DNA of 63,003 nt, the filler included, from Hausera hauseri (Eukaryota), in the NCBI GenBank assembly GCA_046269625.1. It is 11 parts of 11 records of this genome, joined end to end, with 100 filler letters (N's around TTAATTAATTAA, not from the genome) between each part and the next. Parts side by side here need not be neighbours in the genome. Positions count along the whole stretch, not along the records: positions 31,045 to 35,114 come from JBJURY010781646.1; positions 35,215 to 40,866 come from JBJURY010213300.1; positions 40,967 to 46,963 come from JBJURY010156089.1; positions 47,064 to 51,707 come from JBJURY010491465.1; 7 more parts are not named here. One strand, given 5' to 3'. The first letter of the stretch is position 1. Every line of letters begins with the position of its first letter. The notes beneath the pieces are model-generated. The model was not told the DNA's origin. It worked only from the letters and a program-made list of their open reading frames with translations, and did not search any database. The translations under genes and the position numbers were made by a program. Positions 34,757 to 48,339 of the stretch are shown here, piece by piece.

Positions 34757-35114
34757 TTTGGGGCCCGCCCTGCCGGGACGGAGGTCTCGACCGTCAACCC
34801 TGCGCCGGTCGGTCGGACGGTACCTTCCGCGTCGGCCCTACAGCACGCCCCCAGGCGCACCACTTCTTTCCCCTCTATTTTCTTTTTTCTCAATAATACC
34901 CACATTTACACAATCAATACACCACATTTACATATTGTAACTCTTCGTACCTTCATTTCTTTCCTACTTAACTCTTCAGAATTTGACCTCACCCATAACG
35001 GCGCTATAATACCTCTCACCGGAACCCTACCGTCTTTTTCAAGTTACACCTGCCTCCACATACATCCTCGTATCCGTAATGGCATGAATTCTACGCCAAC
35101 TATTGACACCACGG
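34757..35114 (+). mobile_element. Putative 5' LTR (34757-34864) followed directly by a ubiquitin-like leader and the Gag start
   Basis: TTTGGGGCCCGC resembles the LTR start TGTGGTGCCCGC, and the repeat ends GCACCAC. The downstream peptide CLHIHPRIRNGMNSTPTIDTT matches the peptide preceding gag at 52380-52443 on the minus strand. Confidence 0.65.
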
Positions 35115-35214
35115 NNNNNNNNNNNNNNNNNNNNNNNNNNNNNNNNNNNNNNNNNNNNTTAATTAATTAANNNNNNNNNNNNNNNNNNNNNNNNNNNNNN
35201 NNNNNNNNNNNNNN

Positions 35215-38200
35215 ATATACCGTATCTCCAGTGAAATCCAGGTCCAATATAGGGATGTTTTTAGGATTCGCGACCCATTTGAAATTATCATATTGCAATT
35301 GGGCGCTTTTTGCATATCTATACGAGTTGTTGGTATCCAGGTATGATATATATATGAGGATTCCTTGGATGGATCATACTGTGCCATATACTTGTTATTA
35401 GCCTCGCTATACCGATGAATGGCCTGGCAGATTTTACCTCTAATTCCTCTCTCGATCATAAGGATCATGTCGTAATCCTTAATGATCTGCAGCCTACTAC
35501 CAGTATATTACAGCATAGCTGCCCAACTCATTCCTGTAGCGATAAAGAAATGAGCCAAATCCAATGCATGGCTCCTCATTGTAACATCCATGAAACTCTC
35601 AAAGACATTTGTCAGAAGCAGCACTTCCGTCTTGAGGTATATGTAGTTGTATTCCCCTATTCTTCGGCAATGGAATTCATGCCAGACGTTCTAGGCATGT
35701 TGGTAGTCTTTATTACTGATATCACAGTCCGATAACTCTCTATAAAAGGCATCCTTTGGAGGTAATGATGTCTCATCCAGTGTGTCCCGTGATGGTATGT
35801 AGTCGTAGGGAAACACTCCTTTCCTCTTGACCTCGTAAAAGTTAGTTAGGAAGAACCGCTTCGTCTCCGTGAGTTCTTCTGCAGGGAGGTTCTTCACTAA
35901 ACTATCCAGTGACAAGCTCATAAAGCAGAAGCTCTCTATGAATTGAAGTCTAATGCGGCCCACATGTTTGGTAAATGTGATGTATTTTTCCTCACTGTTT
36001 GGATTCACATCTATATTGTGATAATCGATTGTCTTATTCTGTGACGAATTGATATCGGTATTCTGTATAATGACATCTGCGTCCAATCCGGGAAAATCGG
36101 CAATCGAGTTAGACTGAGAGTTATTAAACGTTATCGGTCCGATTGAATTATCATGATGGCTCGTACCTTGATGTGATATAGTAGAAATGATCTGAGACTT
36201 AAGCGAATCGACAGAATACGAAGTAGATTACCGAGATTCCGAAAGATTAATTTGATTTGAATTAACCACAAATGCACTGTAAGTGCTTTTGTTGGGCAGG
36301 ACTAAATTGAGATCGGTGATTTCCACAATCGTTGGAGTTAAGAGATCATCACGAACATTGTCGGAAATTGATATTAGGTAAGGTTCTGGATCTTCTCAGA
36401 TTAATTCTGGTACAAATGACATGTAACTTGTTGGAAGATTCAGAATACGAAAAAACGTCTTTTCTTCAGGTGTCAAAGACACATTATTTGTCGTTTGATT
36501 ATTATCTTGAGAATAATTTATGTTACATTAAGACTCATACTGACTGGACTTTTCAGTTTTGCAATAGTTAATTCGATTGAGAAAAGTTAGTGCGTCATCA
36601 TTGTCATCAAATTCCAACAAAAATGAATGCACATCGAAATTACCAATTTTCCACCTTTCACTTTTAATTGAAACTCGATGAGTGCCAAGACGATACAAAT
36701 TAATCCGATTTAAATCGAATTTCACGTCCAATGTTTCGCCGCTTTCAATTTTTATGTACAGAATAAATTCCTGAGGTAAAATATCAATTTTGCGATCAAG
36801 ATTATCAATAAGTAAATCGAAAATTTTCGAACCCTCACTGTATCTTAACAAAGCAACGTCTTCAAAACACGAGGTCATCAATTAAAATAGTAAATCCGAT
36901 TTCAATAAAAAATCTAATTCCGCATTCTGTATTTAAATATTTAAACAACCATAATTTTTTTACATTAGTGATTTCACATATAGTTTACCAGTTGGGTGAA
37001 TGTGGGCACCACATATATTACCATCAATGTTGCCCAGTTTCCGAACAATGAATTGAGAATCATAGTCACTGAAATTATGGATCGCTACAGGCACATATGT
37101 GCATGTTTTGCAGCGAAGATTGCAGTTTTTGCATGCTGCGCCCCGATATGCACCTGTAAAATGGCAGTGATCCCTGACTTTATGATTATCCTTGGTGAAG
37201 GACTTGTCGCACAAGTAACATGTTGTTGACTTGCGCCATTCTTCTTCTTGCTGCGTCAACATGTTCATATTATCCTTTTGCTGCTGATGCATGTTTTCAA
37301 GCTTATGAGCCATGTCTTCAAGTCTCTTCATGAAATGTGCTACTGCAGTTGGACTTCTGAATAAAAATGGTTCACTGTCCATTCCTTTGGTATACATGCA
37401 ATACGATGAGAGTTAATGATATTGGTATGCCGTTGTGCTGCTATGTAAAGAACTGGGAGGGCAGCTGTGAACTGGCAGGATAATAGCTTCGAAGTCGCAA
37501 CAGATAACTACTGGGACCTTGATCTTGTCGAACTCATTGAATTCAATGTAGTCTTCGTTGGGAAATTCTGGCCGTACACAGTAATTGTTGCTGCAGTACA
37601 TCTTGTGCACTGCAAGCTTGTCCACTGCTGAATCACCACTGAAATGAGACAGGCATTGCTTACATATCTCTATTTGTCCATGATGATTCGTAATTTTGGA
37701 TTTGACTAGACGCTCAAAGTTCTTGATCCAAACATAATGTTTCTTTTCTCCATCATTTAGTAGCTGCAGATCCCTATGATCTTTAAATTCAGTATCATAT
37801 ATCTGTAGAGGATAAAATTTATCCTCCTCATCCAATCCAAATATGTTAGTTGATATTTTGTTAATTCGACTGAACTTCTTAATTTCATCTAAGGATGGAG
37901 GGAATGTGATACACCAGAAGTCATAGTTGTGCTGCACATCCTTATATTGCCAAACTCCTGAAGCATTATGTTGATCAGACACTAGTTTTGATAGAATGGC
38001 ATACATGAAACACATTGTCATTATTATGTACATTGATGCATGCTTTTTTATTAGCGATCTAATCGGGGAGTTGAGTATATTAACTACCCCGCATGGGGGA
38101 GAATCTGTGCATATACACAAGCAATCTCTTGATTATTACCAGAGTCCATCCGCTCTTCTTACTCTGGCTCTCATCAGCTTCACGGATCAGCTTTGCATGC

Positions 38201-38460
38201 TCTTCATGCAGCCATTCTACTGTATTGGTGGCTTCAAAAATGGGTCTATTTCTAGTCTTGAAGGCCCTTTTGGACTCTTCGCCATTAACACTGACGTATG
38301 TGGCATTAAGTTTCATATTAACCTTAAGGGACGTGAGCTCAGCTATGTTGTCCTGGAGAATCCCTACTGTTTCTTCCTTTGTGTACTCAAGAAACTCCTC
38401 AATGGTTGTTTGACCAGCTACATCAATAACATATCTGCGGCATTTTCTATTTAATGCTGC
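35215..38460 (-). pseudogene. polB: Polinton/Maverick protein-primed PolB, decayed and interrupted by an insertion at 36017-37013
   Basis: CFMYAIL, KHYVWIKNFERL, VICCDFEA, KVRDHCHFTGAYRGAAC, HNFSDYDSQFI, RKGVFPYDY and IERGIRG motifs. Confidence 0.92.
36017..37013 (-). mobile_element. 997-bp cargo insertion with LTR-type ends and a 5-bp TSD, carrying a non-transposon ORF (36528-36881)
   Basis: The minus strand reads ATATA|TGTGGTGCCCACA...TATCACA|ATATA. Removing the insert and one TSD restores polB codons D-G-N-I-D-V-N-P-N-S-E-E-K-Y. Confidence 0.85.
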
Positions 38461-38475
38461 CGCATCAACTGGCCG

Positions 38476-39127
38476 CTATCTTTGACTTTTTGATGGAGCC
38501 GCTACGCCTGATGCGTTTGATGTGCGTTTTAGTCCTGCATCTGGATGTACTGCTGCATCTGGCTGTGGTACTGCAGGCTGTGATGCTGCAACTGGATTAT
38601 GTTCATTAAAGATGATCTTCTTTGACTTTGATGTGAAGTCAGTCAGATGATGTTTGTGATCTTTATAAAACTGTATGTATTCTCCATGACATACAGCCTC
38701 ATCCTGGGCAGATATAATAAATGATCCTATTGAATTTGTGACCATAATAGCTCCTCATGGTATTGTGGCAATTCAGAGGGCTGTGTATTGCACATGTGCA
38801 ATACACATATGAACTGCACCCTCGATTTTTCTTTGGCACGAAAGTCGTTATTGGCATATTGGTACTGAATAATTGTTTTTTTGACTTGGTGAAGGAAATC
38901 AAATGCTGTTTATGGACGTTGTAAAAGTCGTCATAATTGGTTTGGCACACTACCGCACATGTAGGGCATATATAATACTGAACCCTGTTGTACATATGGT
39001 TGAAATACTTCTTCATAATATTGTGGCAATTTTCAGATTCATGGATTTGAGCCATGCAATAGCTGTAGAGTTTGCACATCTGAAAATCAATTAATTATTT
39101 GAGGAGCACAATTAAAAAGCTCACCAT
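38476..39127 (-). CDS. Polinton gene or PolB N-terminal extension with a duplicated Cys/His module; likely 45-nt intron at 39080-39124
   Basis: Two copies of C-x3-IH-x3-NCHN...YYICP...FYxxHKxHLxxFTxxxK. The minus strand reads ATG|GTGAGC...TTTTCAG|ATG. One frameshift. Confidence 0.55.
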
Positions 39128-39904
39128 TCCTTGAAGTGATTTTGGAAATAATGAAAAATATATACATATCACCATGCACTGACCCGCTTATTGATCGGTT
39201 TTAATGCACTGTTGTTTTAAAGCATCAATTAAATTAAATACAAGGCGACGCCAAATTTAAGGTCTTCGACAATTGGGATTCAAATGAATTTATTAGATTC
39301 TTCGAATAATGCATACTTGACCGAATATTCGAGTTCGAATAGCTAAATATTCGACTTGTAAGCTCGAATTCGAATATCTAACATTATATTCCAATTCAAC
39401 ATGCATGACTTTCTAACCCGCCCCGCTATTAGATTTATAGATTTCCGCTTAACTGGGCTTTAAATGCAGATTTTGCTTGATTTGAAATATTGATTTTGTA
39501 TCTATATAGTACATTTTCATGGAATAACTTTCATGTATAAGGGGGTTTTTATATATTAGGAATCGACTGCCGCTGTTATATTTTTCGAATAGTTGGATAT
39601 TCGATATTCGAACCAAAAAAACTATTCAAATTTTGAATATCTGACTTGAGATTCAAGATTGCCATATTCCATTTCCTATCTGTCCCCGCTAATTATAATA
39701 TCGAATTTTGCTCCCTTAGGGCCTAAAAAACCTATGCGGGTTCTCCCTCAGTTACACTTTGAATCGATATTATTCGATAACTAATCGATAAATTTAAATT
39801 CTAATTGCACATTTATATACTGCACCATGTTTGTGTTCGTATGCACCCGGTCACATGTCCTAATCACCAATATTGGAAATATCACAAATCCCGTATTATT
39901 GATT

Positions 39905-40157
39905 TTTTCACTTGCACATGTGCTGCACACCTGCACTGTGCACTAATCGATTATCACCTTGTCCAGATCGATTCGATCAATTATGCCATGTGCGACGATC
40001 GATTTGTCAAATGTGCATAGCGACGGGGCCTAGCGGCACCGTCGCCTAGCACACTACCGATCCATAGTACACAGTGTGCACTATGGATTGACACATGTGC
40101 AAAATTGATTAATCGATTACCCCCGGGGTGGGACAGAATCCCCATTTTTGCACTACT
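39905..40157. repeat. Putative Polinton terminal inverted repeat ending CTACT
   Basis: About 250 bp similar to 41290-41575 on another contig; the similarity stops at ...CTACT in both. AGTAG/CTACT is a Polinton-type terminus. Confidence 0.7.
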
Positions 40158-40589
40158 GATTTCGAAGAATACTACTACGTAGCACGATTTATCACTCAAA
40201 TCCATGAGTGGATTTTGAGCTAGTCTCAAATTAAATTTTATTTTTTGTTCACATTTTTGCTGATAGATCCGCTCCATTTGCTAGCATAACGTCGTGATAC
40301 ATATCGATGATCTTGGCTAATTGAGATGCATGGAATGACACCTCAACGAACCCTGTGTGACTCCGATGAGCTGAGATATTGAATTTCCGACCATTTTCAT
40401 TGAAAAACCGGAACTGGCTTTGAACATACATAGGATTTTCTGGGCCGGTTATCCACAATACCAGCCACTGTTATATATCGTTAGAACCGCGCCGATGAAA
40501 AAGCGATAATGTTTTTTGGTTCCCGTGCAATTCCCCAAAACCACTTTTTCTTTAATATCGATTACACAATCTTTTGAACACATTTCCTG

Positions 40590-40819
40590 TTTTTGTTTAA
40601 ATTGTCACGTGGTGCACATTTTCCGTGGCAATATTGCGTAAAAGTTACATGTGGAGTTGCCAAAATTGCGTAAAATTTGCGGGACATTGCGCAAAAGCCA
40701 CCGGAAGTTACTCAAAATTGACCGAAAGTGACACAAATCGATACGAAATTGCGAAAGGTATCACGTGACCGGAAGTTGGAAGAGGAGGTATGGCTCAGAA
40801 CATCCATTTTTATCCTACT
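40590..40819. repeat. Second putative Polinton terminus (TTTTATCCTACT)
   Basis: Same terminal 12-mer as 51339-51350; contains TCACGTG and CCGGAAGT motifs. Confidence 0.55.
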
Positions 40820-40966
40820 CTATCGATGTACATATTGATCCAAGATTCCATTATCGCTGCACACGCNNNNNNNNNNNNNNNNNNNNNNNNNNNNNNNNNN
40901 NNNNNNNNNNTTAATTAATTAANNNNNNNNNNNNNNNNNNNNNNNNNNNNNNNNNNNNNNNNNNNN

Positions 40967-41096
40967 CGGAAATAGTCAATAAAATGGCTTTAATTATTCA
41001 ATTTTTAATACTATTTTCAATTTAAATATACCACTTTTTGCTTTCTAAATAACTTAAATTCTATCACGAATAAACATTTAAATATATAAAAATAAA
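40967..41096 (+). repeat. ~130-bp direct repeat with a second copy at ~46148-46277
   Basis: CGGAAATAGTCAATAAAATGGCTT...AAATATATAAAAATAA occurs twice, about 5.18 kb apart. Confidence 0.9.
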
Positions 41097-41289
41097 AATA
41101 TTAACCTGAAAATAAAATTAAATATTACAATCGACCTCACTTATAATAAATCCGTCTCGGCTTTTATAAGTAAATCGATAAGCTTTGAAGAATCGATTTA
41201 CAAATTTTTGTGAAAAGTAATCGATTTTTCAAATGTCTTAGTTGACAGGTAAACCCGAAACCTAATTAACAGTTACAATTTCGATAAAT

Positions 41290-41575
41290 GATTTTTCAAA
41301 TATCTGCACCTGCACTGTGCACCAATCGATGCGCACTGATGAGCACTATCGATTAGCACTTTGTCCCGATCGATTCTATCAAGACTGCAGTGTGCAGCGA
41401 TGGATTTTTGAAATGTGCAAAAGTGCCCTTCGCAACGGTGCCTAACGGCACCGTCACTTAGCACTCTGCCGATCGATAGTGCACAGTATGCACTATCGAC
41501 TAGCACATGTGTTCTATCGATTTATCGACGCGCACACCCCAAGGGGTGGGCCAGAATTCCTATTTTCACCCTACT
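41290..41575. repeat. Putative Polinton TIR fragment ending CTACT
   Basis: Similar to 39905-40157. Confidence 0.7.
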
Positions 41576-41582
41576 CATTCGC

Positions 41583-42310
41583 TCACATCCATCTTCTGAC
41601 AATTTTATCTTCCTCCATAATTCCTTTGAGATTGTTATGAATTTCGTGAACCTTATCGTACTTGCGGTAAGTTCTTCCGTGCAGTTCGTTATAGATCTCA
41701 CGGTATATTGCCTTAGAATTCAGAAGGAACACTGGACTGGTATGATAGGAAATGCGAATAAGACATTTTAAGAAATGAAATATTCTAAGGAAACATCGGC
41801 ATTTATACTTTTTCATATTCGATATCAACCAATCAGAACGCTCTGAGTCATATTGAAAGTAAGATATATTTAATGCAATTGTATCAAATATATGTTCATA
41901 GTCTAATGACTTTATTCCGAGAATAATAATTTTTCCAGTATGGAAAACATTAACACACAGCGGATTGAATTCTGTTAGACGTAATGCTGGAAATAATTCT
42001 GGTTCATATGAACATGGTACTTTTTGTGCCAATTCATTCAGATTGATATTTTCATTCCGATTCATACTTATGGTAATTGACTGAAGCCTTTCTAATTTAA
42101 TATTTAGTGGTAAATCTGTTTCCACAATAGGTTTTTTACAGCCGATAATACGACAACTACCGCGTGGAAACATGATGATTTTGTGATAGGCATAATTAAA
42201 AATACACTGCTTTGGTTTCCAGTCGTTAAATTGGAGATGTTGTACATGTTTTGCATCTGTTTGCGCCTTATAATTAATATTAACTAAAATTTTTAAAATG
42301 TCACACTCAT
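41583..42310 (-). pseudogene. Divergent core-only TATA-binding-protein-like gene with a frameshift just after the ATG
   Basis: LVNINYK...KIIMFPRGSCRIIG (repeat 1) and INLNELA...SYEPELFPAL...VNVFHTGKIIILG (repeat 2, TBP signature). Confidence 0.85.
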
Positions 42311-42314
42311 ACTT

Positions 42315-42372
42315 CTATTTATACTTATTTTTAACCAATCAGAATAAAGTATCACGGTAAAGAGTATAAATA
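42315..42372. promoter_or_regulatory. Putative bidirectional promoter: two divergent TATAAATA boxes around a CCAAT box
   Basis: TATAAATA on the minus strand at ~42316-42323, AACCAATCAGA at ~42334-42344, TATAAATA on the plus strand at ~42365-42372, and ATGs at 42310 (minus) and 42406 (plus). Confidence 0.5.
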
Positions 42373-43259
42373 CACTTGACAGTGGGGAAAAATCATTTTT
42401 GCAAAATGGAATACAAACAATGCTGTTTTCGAGTTGACACTGACAAAAATGGAAACGTAATTATTGACCCAAATGAACAAAATGATGGTACAATAATTGA
42501 TGATGATGAAATTATGGATGAAACTGTTTGAAACTGTTTCATTTGAAAATAAAAGATAATATCGTAGAGTTACATTGTCACAGAACCTTTCATATGGATT
42601 TAGAGTATTTCTGAATCACCAAATATTCGGAAGATTTTCGCGAATAATATTTTAATTGATTGACGAAACCATTGTGAAATTTTCTATGTCATTATTTGTC
42701 AACTTTTCCTCAGCTTTAATGACCCTGGTTTTTAATAAATACTTTTTTCAAAGACAACGTTTATGATAAAAAAGTTTAAATAATCGTCAATACTTAACAA
42801 CAAATATATAACAAAAAATAAATCTGAACTTTTGACAAAATTTTCTATTTTTGAATTTTCTATAATCCCATTATATTATGTCATAGACAACACAAACAAC
42901 AAGTACTTTTTGTTTGAATTTAAACTGAAACAATATATTTTAGAAAATTAAAACAATTGAACATAAAAATGAATTATCGCAGTTAGAAATTTTCCCAAAT
43001 TTTTTGTCTAAGTATTATATATCTTATAGTATAGTTCTAATTAATTTGGTGTAACAGTTTGAAAATGTTTATTGATAGAAAATCATGTGTATTTCACGTC
43101 AGAGATGGAACTGTGTCAATGTGTCTGAATCAAGTAAAGTGATGTTGAAGTTCTGTCTCTGTTTCGTGTAACGTCTAAAATGTTCTGATGTTAATGAAAG
43201 AAATTAATAAGCAGAGACAAATAAGAGAAAATCATTTATTCAAAAATTTTATTCAAAAA

Positions 43260-45671
<2,412 letters not shown>

Positions 45672-48339
45672 TTACTTTCCTCATTTTATTTTTATCGAAT
45701 TATTTTAACTGGAGTTGATGACTTCCTTATTTTTAGATTTTTAACATTTTTTATTTAATTTTCCATCAAATTAAAAATAACATTATTTAACTATAAATTA
45801 ACAGTTAGTCAAATTTTTCAGTGACATGAATAATTTATATATAATGTTTAAAAGGAAATCTGTTTTATTATTGTGAAAAATATTAATTTTAACATGTTAA
45901 ACTTTATTCATATTTATATGATATTCACATGTCAATTTCGTGTCATTTTCCGTGCGGTAAAGCAACAAATTTTTGGTATTGAAATAATCGTTCTATAGTC
46001 AATAAAAATCGTAAACACATAAAAAGAAACTACATTAAAATTCTCATATTTAGTTATAGTTTACAATGTGCTTAATAAGTTCAATGAAATTGAGAATATC
46101 AAAAATTTACGGAAAATTCCATCATGTCATTTATTTGAGAGAAAATCCGGAAATAGTCAATAAAATGGCTTCAGTTATTCAATTTTTAATACTATTTTCA
46201 ATTTAAATATACCATTTTTTGCTTTCTACATAACTTAAATTCTATCACGAATAAACACTTAAATATATAAAAATAAGAATGCATGTTCAACTTGTGGGAA
46301 CATTAACTCAAAGAATCCAAGAGCTTTGTTGTGTTTGTACCTGACAAAGATCGTGGGTCATAACGTTAACTGCTTATCTCTAATTTCCTAGTAAGACATC
46401 GCTTAACAACTAAACACATGTGATTCACGTTGACCCTAGGCAACTTTAAGATATAATCCTGTTCAGATTGTAATAGGACTTGAACTGAGCATCGCGTATG
46501 GCAAACACTGAAGTTAAACGATCACTGCCATTCTTAAAAGTGTCTAAACATGCAAAGTAAATTAAATAAAAACTAGAAATACCATGTCTCTGTATGTCAA
46601 ATAATTTTTATCTGACATCTGACAGTTAATAAATTATGTATCCTTATCTAGCAGCGTATGGATTTTTTATCTCAGGTAAATTCGGTAGTTTCATAATTGG
46701 AATCGTTCTACCTTCGTAAGGTGCATTTGATTTGCCATTTTTTACTTTTCGTTTTCTCTATCGTGAATAGCATTCTTTTTTTTCTTGGGAATTCCTGATT
46801 CTGGATAATATCCTGACGCATCGTTATTGTCAGAGCTTGTTGATGTATCCTCAACGACTGATTTACCGGTTTTGTAGTCTACATGATTTTCTAATTTGCC
46901 TCGCCATTGTTTTTCATGGTAAGCTTTGATAAATTTACCAAGCGGTGAAAATAATGCACCGACNNNNNNNNNNNNNNNNNNNNNNNNNNNNNNNNNNNNN
47001 NNNNNNNTTAATTAATTAANNNNNNNNNNNNNNNNNNNNNNNNNNNNNNNNNNNNNNNNNNNNTGGGATGTGTTTAGGATTTTTGGATAATCGTTTGTAT
47101 TATTGTGCTTGAGTTGTGCAAGTATTGCAGCAGTTTGAAACATTTTGTGGGATGTAAAACACTGTTAATGTTAATTAACAATTGTCTTTGATAATGATTG
47201 GCAAGAATTTATGAAAAAGGGATGTATCTTACGGTCGAGATTCACTGCTGAAAATATCAAGTCAGAATTATGAAGAAAAGTAGGAGTTTCGAACAAAACA
47301 AAAGTTACGAAAAAGTTAACAAAGTTAAATAACAAAAGTTTTATATTGGTTTCGTTAATTAGCTAGCACAGTCAATGAAGGTCGAATTTTTACGAGGTAA
47401 ACATTTGAGCTGATTACATCAATCTAATTAATCTTTGTAGATTGTAGGTCCCATGGAGTGTCCGAAGATTAATTTGATTGCATTAGATTATGATTTAGGG
47501 TTCATGTACGAAACCCCATTAGGCGGTTGTCAGATAAGAGTTTTAATTTCCGGACGCATGTGCAAACCCAAACGTCAATTTAGTTATCGCTCCAGGTTTG
47601 ACTAACGATAATGGTCATCCAAATTACTATATAAACCGCTTCCAAATGACCACAAAAAGAAAGAAGAGAATCGAACGTAAAGCGTGCCACTAAATACACA
47701 CCTTATTGCCTCGGAGGTGAGATATTTTATTTTGTTAACGTAATTATATATTTGTCAAGGACTATTATCAACAGTAAAAAACGATTGTGAATCTTTACGA
47801 TCTAACAACTGAGGTAAGTCGTTGACTTTATACTGGTTGTAATCCTTAATATTAGAGACTGAAAGAACCTAAAAGAGTTACCAAATCAATTCTATTGGCA
47901 GGAAATCCAACTGAATTCATCGGAAATACGATATTTTGAAGCAATGAATGACGAGATGACCAATAATGAAGAAAACTTCGGAGATGTTTTCGGCCAAGTT
48001 GATCATACCGGTAAACATTTATATTGATTGTCGATACCATTATTATTATTCTTTCAATATATTATTACAAAACCGTCTATTTTATGTACAATTTATAATT
48101 TAATAAATGGTTTTAAAATGGTAATTTAAATTTGAATTTGAATGATTGTGCTATGTTTGTTATATCAATAATTTACTGATTAAGAATAGAAATTGAAAAC
48201 TCCTTTTTCAGAAAACGATAAAGGTGCAGGCTAGCCCTTGTGGTAGCTGAACCACCGGACGAACTCATCGCAAAAGTTGCACAAGCGCAACTTCCATAAA
48301 TAAAATGTTAACAACAACCAAAACAGTATGTTTGCAAAA

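Noticed and set aside
34343-35170. 275-aa ORF as one genuine protein
   Set aside because: It is a read-through of the tubulin relic, LTR and UBL-gag that ends in the linker.
46280-48300. Protein-like decayed frames on either side of the linker at 46964
   Set aside because: No recognisable motifs, so no call can be supported.
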